Shown here piece by piece: positions 49,202-62,000 of a stretch of DNA of 64,000 nt. Under the pieces are notes generated by a model that worked only from the letters and a program-made list of their open reading frames with translations, had not been told where the DNA came from and made no database searches. The position numbers were made by a program, and so were the translations under genes. Every line of letters begins with the position of its first letter. Position 1 is the stretch's first letter. Source of the stretch: Mobula hypostoma (taxonomy: Eukaryota); contig NC_086108.1 in the NCBI RefSeq assembly GCF_963921235.1, positions 34,350,001-34,414,000 of the forward strand. Reading direction: 5' to 3'.

Positions 49202-49325
49202 CCAGGCTTGTAGACAATTTCAAATCCACCTTGGTCAAAGCATTCAATATCCATGTCACCTTTACTCTGCGGGATTTCTCAGACTTGGTCCAATACATTC
49301 TCCCTTCGCCACATCAGATGAAACT
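49202..49325 (-). pseudogene. Exon remnant, kinase subdomain I (Gly-rich loop)
   Basis: After an acceptor-like ccctcatag the minus strand reads KSR, then after a frameshift DIECFDQGGFEIVYK. Compare GCN2 SRY..EFEELQLLGKGAFGAVIK. Two of the three loop glycines are replaced. Confidence 0.6.
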
Positions 49326-50045
49326 CTATGAGGGACAATGTAAGATTCTTAATGATAAAATCTACAAAGGACACAGAATTTTAAACACCTCCGCCGATTG
49401 GCTGCATGATAAATGCAACACTGGTGCAGGATGTCAGAAAGAATAAATGTTCATTTTATTCAAAAACATTGAAGATGAGAGTAAAGAAATTCAGCAGTCA
49501 ATACTAAATTCATCCGTAATTTCTACAGTTAGAGAAATCCAGAATCCTTGAAGCCCTGGCTTTATAATACAGGTATGATAGATAATACAGAACCAAATTC
49601 TTGCATTGCTTAATGGTCAGTCAGTAAATTAGATTTTAATGTACAGTAACTGATATGAGGTAGAAAACTATAGAACAAGCAAACCTCTGATTAATGCCAA
49701 ATGGACTGGGAAAAGGTTTTATTGGTGATTGTCAGAAAAGGAATACACAAGAGTCAATCACTCGGGTTATTATCCATGGAGACTGGTGCCAGTCAGGATC
49801 CGAGGATGATCAGATGTGCAGAGGCTATCAAGTCAAAACTGAGCTTCGTGTCATATGTGCAAGTACAGATATGTACAGTTGCAATATAAAACTTACTTGC
49901 AATTGCAAGCAGGCAAATAAAATCAGAATGGTAGCATTCACAAGACAAACATAAATTAAACAAAATATACACATTTTAAACAAGAAATGGCACAATTTAA
50001 CAAAAAAAAAATCTCCATTGTAATACTTAATGACAAAAGTGGTCA

Positions 50046-53000
50046 GAGTGCGGCTATATGGAGATAGTGAGTGGAGTGTGGCTATATGGAGATAGTGAGT
50101 GGAGTGTGGCTATATGGAGATAGTGAGTGGAGTGTGACTATATGGAGATAGTGAGTGAAGTGTGACTATATGGAGATAGTGAGTAGTGTGTGGCTATATG
50201 GAGATACTGAGTGGAGTGTGACTATATGGAGATAGTGAGTGGAGTGTGACTATATGGAGATAGTGAGTACAGTGTGACTATATGGAGATAGTGAGTGGAG
50301 TGTGACTATATGGAGATAGTGAGTGGAGTGTGGCTATATGGAGATAGTGAGTGGAGTGTGACTATATGGAGATAGTGAGTGGAGTGTGACTATATGGAGA
50401 TACTGAGTGGAGTGTGGCTATATGGAGATAGTGAGTGAAGTGTGACTATATGGAGATAGTGAGTGGAGTGTGACTATATGGAGATAGTGAGTGGAGTGTG
50501 GCAGTATGGAGATAGTGAGTGGAGTGTGGCTATATGGAGATAGTGAGTGGAGTGTGGCTATATGGAGATAGTGAGTGGTGTGGGACTATATGGAGATAGT
50601 GAGTAGTGTGTGGCTATATGGAGATAGTGAGTGGAGTGTGGCTATATGGAGATAGTGAGTGGAGTGTGACTATATGGAGATAGTGAGTGGAGTGTGGCTA
50701 TATGGAGATAGTGAGTGGAGTGTGACTATATGGAGATAGTGAGTGGAGTGTGACTATATGGAGATAGTGAGTGGAGTGTGGCTATATGGAGATAGTGAGT
50801 GGAGTGTGACTATATGGAGATACTGAGTGGAGTGTGGCTATATGGAGATAGTGAGTGGAGTGTGACTATATGAAGATAGTGAGTGGAGTGTGACTATATG
50901 GAGATAGTGAGTACAGTGTGACTATATGGAGATAGTGAGTGGTGTGTGACTATATGGAGATAGTGAGTGGAGTGTGGCAGTATGGAGATACTGAGTGGAG
51001 TGTGGCTATATGGAGATAGTGAGTGGAGTGTGACTATATGGAGATAGTGAGTACAGTGTGACTATATGGAGATAGTGAGTGGAGTGTGACTATATGGAGA
51101 TAGTGAGTGGAGTGTGGCTATATGGAGATAGTGAGTGGAGTGTGACTATATGGAGATACTGAGTGGAGTGTGGCTATATGGAGATAGTGAGTGGAGTGTG
51201 ACTATATGGAGATAGTGAGTGGAGTGTGACTATATGGAGATAGTGAGTACAGTGTGACTATATGGAGATAGAGAGTGGTGTGTGACTATATGGAGATAGT
51301 GAGTGGAGTGTGGCAGTATGGAGATACTGAGTGGAGTGTGGCTATATGGAGATAGTGAGTGGAGTGTGACTATATGGAGATAGTGAGTACAGTGTGACAA
51401 TATGGAGATAGTGAGTATATGGAGATAGTGAGTGGAGTGTGGCTATATGGAGATAGTGAGTGGAGTGTGACTATATGGAGATAGTGAGTGGAGTGTGGCT
51501 ATATGGAGATAGTGAGTGGAGTGTGACTATATGGAGATAGTGAGTGGAGTGTGGCAGTATGGAGATAGTGAGTGGAGTGTGGCAGTATGGAGATAGTGAG
51601 TGGAGTGTGACTATATGGAGATAGTGAGTGGAGTGTGGCTATATGGAGATAGTGAGTGGAGTGTGGCTATATGGAGATAGTCAGTGGAGTGTGACTATAT
51701 GGAGATAGTGAGTGGAGTGTGACTATATGGAGATAGTGAGTGGAGTGTGGCTATATGGAGATAGTGAGTGGAGTGTGACTATATGGAGATACTGAGTGGA
51801 GTGTGGCTATATGGAGATAGTGAGTGGAGTGTGACTATATGGAGATAGTGAGTGGAGTGTGACTATATGGAGATAGTGAGTACAGTGTGACTATATGGAC
51901 ATAGTGAGTGGTGTGTGACTATATGGAGATAGTGAGTGGAGTGTGGCAGTATGGAGATATTGAGTGGAGTGTGGCTATATTAAGATAGTGAGTGGAGTGT
52001 GACTATATGGAGATAGTGAGTACAGTGTGACTATATGGAGATAGTGAGTGGAGTGTGGCTATATGGAGATAGTGAGTGGAGTGTGACTATATGGAGATAG
52101 TGAGTGGAGTGTGGCTATATGGAGATAGTGAGTGGAGTGTGACTATATGGAGATAGTGAGTGGAGTGTGGCAGTATGGAGATAGTGAGTGGAGTGTGGCA
52201 GTATGGAGATACTGAGTGGAGTGTGGCTATATGGAGATAGTGAGTGGAGTGTGACTATATGGAGATAGTGAGTACAGTGTGACTATATGGAGATAGTGAG
52301 TGGTGTGTGACTATATGGAGATAGTGAGTGGAGTGTGGCAGTATGGAGATACTGAGTGGAGTGTGGCTATACGGAGATAGTGAGTGGAGTGTGACTATAT
52401 GGAGATAGTGAGTACAGTGTGACTATATGGAGATAGTGAGTGGAGTGTGGCTATATGGAGATAGTGAGTGGAGTGCGGCTATATGGAGATAGTGAGTGGA
52501 GTGTGACTAAATGGAGATAGTGAGTGGAGTGTGACTATATGGAGATAGTGAGTGGAGTGTGGCTATATGGAGATAGTGAGTAGTGTGTGGCTATATGGAG
52601 ATAGTGAGTGGAGTGCGGCTATATGGAGATAGTGAGTGGAGTGTGACTAAATGGAGATAGTGAGTGGAGTGTGACTATATGGAGGTAGTGAGTGGAGTGT
52701 GGCTATATGGAGATAGTGAGTAGTGTGTGGCTATATGGAGATACTGAGTGGAGTGTGGCTATATGGAGATAGTGAGTGGAGTGTGACTATATGGAGATAG
52801 TGAGTGGAGTGTGACTATATGGAGATAGTGAGTACGGTGTGACTATATGGAGATAGTGAGTGGTGTGTGACTATATGGAGATAGTGAGTGGAGTGTGGCA
52901 GTATGGAGATACTGAGTGGAGTGTGGCTATATGGAGATAGTGAGTGGAGTGTGACTATATGGAGATAGTGAGTACAGTGTGACTATATGGAGATAGTGAG

Positions 53001-56000
53001 TGGAGTGTGACTATATGGAGCTAGTGAGTGGAGTGTGGTAGTATGGAGATAGTGAGTGGAGTGTGACTATATGGAGATAGTGAGTGGAGTGTGACTATAT
53101 GGAGATAGTGAGTGGAGTGTGGCCATATGGAGATAGTGAGTACAGTGTGACTATATGGAGATAGTGAGTGGTGTGTGACTATATGGAGATAGTAAGTGGT
53201 GTGTGACTATATGGACATAGTGAGTGGAGTGTGGCAGTATGGAGATAGTGAGTGGAGTGTGGCTATATGGAGATAGTGAGTGGAGTGTGACTATATGGAG
53301 ATAGTGAGTGGAGTGTGGCAGTAAGGAGATAGTGACTGGAGTGTGGCTATATGGAGATAGTGAGTGGTGTGTGACTATATGGAGATAGTGAGTAGTGTGT
53401 GGCTATATGGAGATAGTGAGTGGAGTGTGGCAGTATGGAGATAGTGAGTGGAGTGTGACTAAATGGAGATAGTGAGTGGAGTGTGACTATATGGAGGTAG
53501 TGAGTGGAGTGTGGCTATATGGAGATAGTGAGTAGTGTGTGGCTATATGGAGATACTGAGTGGAGTGTGGCTATATGGAGATAGTGAGTGGAGTGTGACT
53601 ATATGGAGATAGTGAGTGGAGTGTGACTATATGGAGATAGTGAGTACAGTGTGACTATATGGAGATAGTGAGTGGTGTGTGACTATATGGAGATAGTGAG
53701 TGGAGTGTGGCAGTATGGAGATACTGAGTGGAGTGTGGCTATATGGAGATAGTGAGTGGAGTGTGACTATATGGAGATAGTGAGTACAGTGTGACTATAT
53801 GGAGATAGTGAGTGGAGTGTGACTATATGGAGATAGTGAGTGGAGTGTGGTAGTATGGAGATAGTGAGTGGAGTGTGACTATATGGAGATAGTGAGTGGA
53901 GTGTGACTATATGGAGATAGTGAGTGGAGTGTGGCCATATGGAGATAGTGAGTACAGTGTGACTATATGGAGATAGTGAGTGGTGTGTGACTATATGGAG
54001 ATAGTGAGTGGTGTGTGACTATATGGAGATAGTGAGTGAAGTGTGGCAGTATGGAGATAGTGAGTGGAGTGTGGCTATATGGAGATAGTGAGTGGAGTGT
54101 GACTATATGGAGATAGTGAGTGGAGTGTGGCAGTATGGAGATAGTGAGTGGAGTGTGACTATATGGAGGTAGTGAGTGGAGTGTGACTATATGGAGATAG
54201 TGAGTACGGTGTGACTATATGGAGATAGTGAGTGGTGTGTGACTATATGGAGATAGTGAGTGGAGTGTGGCAGCATGGAGATACTGAGTGGAGTGTGGCT
54301 ATATGGAGATAGTGAGTGGAGTGTGACTATATGGAGATAGTGAGTACAGTGTGACTATATGGAGATAGTGAGTGGAGTGTGACTATATGGAGATAGTGAG
54401 TGGAGTGTGGTAGTATGGAGATAGTGAGTGGAATGTGACTATATGGAGATAGTGAGTGGAGTGTGACTATATGGAGATAGTGAGTGGAGTGTGGCCATAT
54501 GGAGATAGTGAGTACGCTGTGACTATATGGAGATAGTGAGTGGTGTGTGACTATATGGAGATAGTAAGTGGTGTGTGACTATATGGACATAGTGAGTGGA
54601 GTGTGGCAGTATGGAGATAGTGAGTGGAGTGTGGCTATATGGAGATAGTGAGTGGAGTGTGACTATATGGAGATAGTGAGTGGAGTGTGGCAGTATGGAG
54701 ATAGTGACTGGAGTGTGGCTATATGGAGATAGTGAGTGGTGTGTGACTATATGGAGATAGTGAGTAGAGTGTGGCTATATGGAGATAGTGAGTGGAGTGT
54801 GGCAGTATGGAGATAGTGAGTGGAGTGTGACTATATGGAGATAGTGAGTGGAGTGTGGCAGTATGGAGATAGTGAGTGGAGAGTGGCTATATGGAGATAG
54901 TGAGTGGAGTGTGGCTATATGGAGATAGTGAGTGGTGTGGGACTATATGGAGATAGTGAGTAGTGTGTGGCTATATGGAGATAGTGAGTGGAGTGTGGCT
55001 ATATGGAGATAGTGAGTGGAGTGTGACTATATGGAGATAGTGAGAGGAGTGTGGCTATATGGAGATAGTGAGTGGAGTGTGACTATATGGAGATAGTGAG
55101 TGGAGTGTGACTGTATGGAGATAGTGAGTGGAGTGTGGCTATATGGAGATAGTGAGTGGAGTGTGACTATATGGAGATACTGAGTGGAGTGTGGCTATAT
55201 GGAAATAGTGAGTAGAGTGTGACTATATGGAGATATTGAGTGGAGTGTGACTATATGGAGATAGTGAGTACAGTGTGACTATATGGAGATAGTGAGTGGT
55301 GTGTGACTATATGGAGATAGTGAGTGGAGTGTGGCTATATGGAGATAGTGAGTGGAGTGTGACTATATGGAGATACTGAGTGGAGTGTGGCTATATGGAG
55401 ATAGTGAGTAGAGTGTGACTATATGGAGATAGTGAGTGGAGTGTGACTACATGGAGATAGTGAGTACAGTGTGACTATATGGAGATAGTGAGTGGTGTGT
55501 GACTAGATGGAGATAGTGAGTGGAGTGTGGCAGTATGGAGATACTGAGTGGAGTGTGGCTATATGGAGATAGTGAGTGGAGTGTGACTATATGGAGATAG
55601 TGAGTACAGTGTGACTATATGGAGATAGTGAGTGGAGTGTGACTATATGGAGATAGTGAGTGGAGTGTGGCTATATGGAGATTGTGAGTGGAGTGTGAAT
55701 ATATTGAGATAGTGAGTGGTGTGTGGCTATATGGAGATAGTGAGTGGAGTGTGGCTATATGGAAATAGTGAGTGGAGTGTGACTATATGGAGATAGTGAG
55801 TGGAGTGTGACTATATGGAGATAGTGAGTGGAGTGTGGCTATATAGAGATAGTGAGTGGAGTGTGACTATATGGAGATAGTGAGTGGAGTGTGGCTATAT
55901 GGAGATAGTGAGTGGAGTGTGACTATATGGAGATAGTGAGTGGAGTGTGACTATATGGAGATAGTGAGTACAGTGTGACTATATGGAGATAGTGAGTGGT

Positions 56001-59000
56001 GTGTGACTATATGGAGATAGTGAGTGGAGTGTGGCAGTATGGAGATACTGAGTGGAGTGTGGCTATATGGAGATAGTGAGTGGAGTGTGACTATATGGAG
56101 ATAGTGAGTGGAGTGTGACTATATGGAGATAGTGAGTGGAGTGTGACTATATGGAGATAGTGAGTGGAGTGTGGCTATATGGAGATAGTGAGTGGAGTGT
56201 GACTATATGGAGATAGTGAGTGGAGTGTGGCTATATGGAGATAGTGAGTGGAGTGTGGCTATATGGAGATAGTCAGTGCAGTGTGACTATATGGAGATAG
56301 TGAGTGGAGTGTGACTATATGGAGATAGTGAGTGGAGTGTGGCTATATGGAGATAGTGAGTGGAGTGTGACTATATGGAGATAGTGAGTGGAGTGTGGCT
56401 ATATGGAGATAGTGAGTGGAGTGTGACTATATGGAGATAGTGAGTGGAGTGTGACTATATGGAGATAGTGAGTACAGTGTGACTATATGGAGATAGTGAG
56501 TGGTGTGTGACTATATGGAGATAGTGAGTGGAGTGTGGCAGTATGGAGATAGTGAGTGGAGTGTGACTATATGGAGATAGTGAGTGGAGTGTGGCTATAT
56601 GGAGATAGTGAGTGGAGTGTGACTATATGGAGATAGTGAGTGGAGTGTGGCTATATGGAGATAGTGAGTGGAGTGTGACTATATGGAGATAGTGAGTGGA
56701 GTGTGGCTATATGGAGATAGTGAGTGGAGTGTGACTATATGGAGATAGTGAGTGGTGTGTGGCTATATGGAGATAGTGAGTGGAGTGTGGCTATATGGAG
56801 ATAGTGAGTGGAGTGTGACTATATGGAGATAGTGAGTGGAGTGTGGCTATATGGAGATAGTGAGTGGAGTGTGACTATATGGAGATAGTGAGTGGAGTGT
56901 GACTATATGGAGATAGTGAGTGGAGTGTGGCTATATGGAGATAGTGAGTGGAGTGTCACTATATGGAGATAGTGAGTGGAGTGTGGCCATATGGAGATAG
57001 TGAGTACGGTGTGACTATATGGAGATAGTGAGTGGTGTGTGACTATATGAAGATAGTGAGTGGAGTGTGGCAGTATGGAGATACTGAGTGGAGTGTGGCT
57101 ATATGGAGATAGTGAGTGGAGTGTGACTATATGGAGATAGTGAGTGGAGTGTGGCTATATGGAGATAGTGAGTGGAGTGTGACTATATGGAGATAGTGAG
57201 TGGAGTGTGACTATATGGAGATAGTGAGTACAGTGTGACTATATGGAGATAGTGAGTGGAGTGTGACTATATGGAGATAGTGAGTGGAGTGTGGCAGTAT
57301 GGAGATAGTGAGTGGAGTGTGGCTATATGGAGATAGTGAGTGGAGTGTGACTATATGGAGATAGTGAGTGGAGTGTGGCAGTATGGAGATAGTGAGTGGA
57401 GTGTGGCTATATGGAGATAGTGAGTGGTGTGTGACTATATGGAGATAGTGAGTAGTGTGTGGCTATATGGAGATAGTGAGTGGAGTGTGGCAGTATGGAG
57501 ATAGTGAGTGGAGTGTGACTATATGGAGATAGTGAGTGGAGTGTGGCTATATGGAGATAGTGAGTGGAGTGTGACTATATGGAGATAGTGAGTGGAGTGT
57601 GGCTATATGGAGATAGTGAGTGGAGTGTGACTATATGGAGATAGTGAGTGGAGTGTGGCTATATGGAGATAGTGAGTGGAGTGTGGCTATATGGAGATAG
57701 TGAGTGGAGTGTGACTATATGGAGATAGTGAGAGGAGTGTGGCTATATGGAGATAGTGAGTGGAGTGTGACTATATGGAGATAGTGAGTGGAGTGTGACT
57801 ATATGGAGATAGTGAGTGGAGTGTGGCTATATGGAGATAGTGAGTGGAGTGTGACTATATGGAGATACTGAGTGGAGTGTGGCTATATGGAGATAGTGAG
57901 TAGAGTGTGACTATATGGAGATAGTGAGTGGAGTGTGACTATATGGAGATAGTGAGTACAGTGTGACTATATGGAGATAGTGAGTGGTGTGTGACTATAT
58001 GGAGATAGTGAGTGGAGTGTGGCTATATGGAGATAGTGAGTGGAGTGTGACTATATGGAGATAGTGAGTGGAGTGTGGCTATATGGAGATAGTGAGTAGA
58101 GTGTGACTATATGGAGATAGTGAGTGGAGTGTGACTATATGGAGATAGTGAGTGGAGTGTGGCTATATGGAGATAGTGAGTGGAGTGTGACTATATGGAG
58201 ATAGTGAGTGGAGTGTGGCTATATGGAGATTGTGAGTGGAGTGTGAATATATTGAGATAGTGAGTGGTGTGTGGCTATATGGAGATAGTGAGTGGAGTGT
58301 GGCTATATGGAAATAGTGAGTGGAGTGTGACTATATGGAGATAGTGAGTGGAGTGTGACTATATGGAGATAGTGAGTGGAGTGTGGCTATATAGAGATAG
58401 TGATTGGAGTGTGACTATATGGAGATACTGAGTGGAGTGTGGCTATATGGAGATAGTGAGTGGAGTGTGACTATATGGAGATAGTGAGTGGAGTGTGACT
58501 ATATGGAGATAGTGAGTACAGTGTGACTATATGGAGATAGTGAGTGGTGTGTGACTATATGGAGATAGTGAGTGGAGTGTGGCAGTATGGAGATACTGAN
58601 NNNNNNNNNNNNNNNNNNNNNNNNNNNNNNNNNNNNNNNNNNNNNNNNNNNNNNNNNNNNNNNNNNNNNNNNNNNNNNNNNNNNNNNNNNNNNNNNNNNN
58701 NNNNNNNNNNNNNNNNNNNNNNNNNNNNNNNNNNNNNNNNNNNNNNNNNNNNNNNNNNNNNNNNNNNNNNNNNNNNNNNNNNNNNNNNNNNNNNNNNNNT
58801 ATATGGAGATAGTGAGTGGAGTGTGACAGTATGGAGATAGTGAGTGGAGTGTGGCTATATGGAGATAGTGAGTGGAGTGGTGTGTGACTATATGGAGATA
58901 GTGAGTGGAGTGTGACTATATGGAGATAGTGAGTGGAGTGTGACTATATGGAGATAGTGAGTGGAGTGTGACTATATGGAGATAGTGAGTGGAGTGTGAC

Positions 59001-62000
59001 TATATGGAGATAGTGAGTGGAGTGTGACTATATGGAGATAGTGAGTGGAGTGTGGCTATATGGAGATAGTGAGTGGAGTGTGACTATATGGAGATAGTGA
59101 GTGGAGTGTGGCTATATGGAGATAGTGAGTGGAGTGTGACTATATGGAGATAGTGAGTGGAGTGTGACTATATGGAGATAGTGAGTGGAGTGTGGCTATA
59201 TGGAGATAGTGAGTGGAGTGTGACTATATGGAGATAGTGAGTGGAGTGTGACTATATGGAGATAGTGAGTGGAGTGTGACTATATGGAGATAGTGAGTGG
59301 AGTGTGACTATATGGAGATAGTGAGTGGAGTGTGACTATATGGAGATAGTGAGTGGAGTGTGGCTATATGGAGATAGTGAGTGGAGTGTGGCTATATGGA
59401 GATAGTGAGTGGAGTGTGACTATATGGAGATAGTGAGTGGAGTGTGGCTATATGGAGATAGTGAGTGGAGTGTGACTATATGGAGATAGTGAGTGGAGTG
59501 TCACTATATGGAGATAGTGAGTGGAGTGTGGCCATATGGAGATAGTGAGTACGGTGTGACTATATGGAGATAGTGAGTGGTGTGTGACTATATGAAGATA
59601 GTGAGTGGAGTGTGACTATATGGAGATAGTGAGTGGAGTGTGGCTATATGGAGATAGTGAGTGGAGTGTGGCAGTATGGAGATAGTGAGTGGAGTGTGGC
59701 CATATGGAGATAGTGAGTGGTGTGTGACTATATGGAGATAGTGAGTGGTGTGTGACTATATAGAGATAGTGAGTGGAGTGTGACTATATGGAGATAGTGA
59801 GTAGTGTGTGGCTATATGGAGATAGTGAGTGGAGTGTGGCTATATGGAGATAGTGAGTGGAGTGTGACTATATGGAGATAGTGAGTGGAGTGTGGCTATA
59901 TGGAGATAGTGAGTGGAGTGTGACTATATGGAGATAGTGAGTGGAGTGTGGCTATATGGAGATAGTGAGTGGAGTGTGGCTATATGGAGATAGTGAGTGG
60001 AGTGTGACTATATGGAGATAGTGAGTGGAGTGTGACTATATGGAGATAGTGAGTGGAGTGTGGCTATATGGAGATAGTGAGTGGAGTGTGACTATATGGA
60101 GATACTGAGTGGAGTGTGGCTATATGGAGATAGTGAGTGGAGTGTGACTATATGGAGATAGTGAGTGGAGTGTGACTATATGGAGATAGTGAGTACAGTG
60201 TGACTATATGGAGATAGTGAGTGGAGTGTGGCTATATGGAGATAGTGAGTGGAGTGTGACTATATGGAGATAGTGAGTGGAGTGTGACTATATGGAGATA
60301 GTGAGTAGTGTGTGGCTATATGGAGATAGTGAGTGGAGTGTGACTATATGGAGATAGTGAGTGGAGTGTGACTATATGGAGATAGTGAGTACAGTGTGAC
60401 TATATGGAGATAGTGAGTGGAGTGTGACTATATGGAGATAGTGAGTGGAGTGTGACTATATGTAGATACTGAGTGGAGTGTGGATATATGGTGATAGTGA
60501 GTGAAGTGTGACTATATGGAGATAGTGAGTGGAGTGTGGCTATATGGAGATACTGAGTGGAGTGTGGCTATATGGAGATAGTGAGTGGAGTGTGACTATA
60601 TGGAGATAGTGAGTGGAGTGTGGCTATATGGAGATAGTGAGTGGAGTGTGACTATATGGAGATAGTGAGTGGAGTGTGGCTATATGGAGATAGTGAGTGG
60701 AGTGTGACTATATGGAGATAGTGAGTGGAGTGTGGCTATATGGAGATAGTGAGTGCAGTGTGGCTATATGGAGATAGTGAGTAGTGTGTGGCTATATGGA
60801 GATACTGAGTGGAGTGTGGCTATATGGAGATAGTGAGTGGAGTGTGACTATATGGAGATAGTGAGTGGAGTGTGACTATATGGAGATAGTGAGTACAGTG
60901 TGACTATATGGAGATAGTGAGTGGTGTGTGACTATATGGAGATAGTGAGTAGAGTGTGGCAGTATGGAGATACTGAGTGGAGTGTGGCTATATGGAGATA
61001 GTGAGTGGAGTGTGACTATATGGAGATAGTGAGTACAGTGTGACCATATGGAGATAGTGAGTATATGGAGATAGTGAGTGGAGTGTGGCTATATGGAGAT
61101 AGTGAGTGGAGTGTGACTATATGGAGATAGTGAGTGGAGTGTGACTATATGGAGATAGTGAGTGGAGTGTGGCTATATGGAGATAGTGAGTAGTGTGTGG
61201 CTATATGGAGATACTGAGTGGAGTGTGGCTATATGGAGATAGTGAGTGGAGTGTGACTATATGGAGATAGTGAGTGGAGTGTGACTATATGGAGATAGTG
61301 AGTACGGTGTGACTATATGGAGATAGTGAGTGGTGTGTGGCTATATGGAGATACTGAGTAGAGTGTGGCTATATGGAGATAGTGAGTGGAGTGTGACTAT
61401 ATGGAGATAGTGAGTGGAGTGTGACTATATGGAGATAGTGAGTACAGTGTGACTATATGGAGATAGTGAGTGGTGTGTGACTATATGGAGATAGTGAGTG
61501 GAGTGTGGCAGTATGGAGATACTGAGTGGAGTGTGGCTATATGGAGATAGTGAGTGGAGTGTGACTATATGGAGATAGTGAGTACAGTGTGACTATATGG
61601 AGATAGTGAGTGGAGTGTGACTATATGGAGATAGTGAGTGGAGTGTGTCTATATGGAGATAGTGAGTGGAGTGTGACTATATGGAGATAGTGAGTGGAGT
61701 GTGACTATATGGAGATAGTGAGTGGAGTGTGGCTATATGGAGATAGTGAGTAGTGTGTGGCTATATGGAGATACTGAGTGGAGTGTGGCTATATGGAGAT
61801 AGTGAGTGGAGTGTGACTATATGGAGATAGTGAGTGGAGTGTGACTATATGGAGATAGTGAGTACGGTGTGACTATATGGAGATAGTGAGTGGTGTGTGA
61901 CTATATGGAGATAGTGAGTGGAGTGTGGCAGTATGGAGATACTGAGTGGAGTGTGGCTATATGGAGATAGTGAGTGGAGTGTGACTATATGGAGATAGTG

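Larger units (their letters stand above)
250..49325 (-). pseudogene. Unprocessed (intron-containing) pseudogene of a divergent GCN2/EIF2AK4-like eIF2-alpha kinase
   Basis: Collinear minus-strand exon remnants: Gly-loop (49.2-49.3 kb), subdomains II-IV (46.7-46.95 kb), catalytic loop to DFG (43.2-43.3 kb), subdomain IX (31.9-32.0 kb), subdomain XI plus linker (29.5-29.7 kb). Stops, frameshifts and a lost acceptor are present. The extent below 29.4 kb rests on weak matches only. Confidence 0.75.

Noticed and set aside
49694..49954. Plus-strand ORF with LGKG.IG resembling a kinase Gly loop
   Set aside because: Wrong strand relative to the other exons and no downstream kinase motifs.
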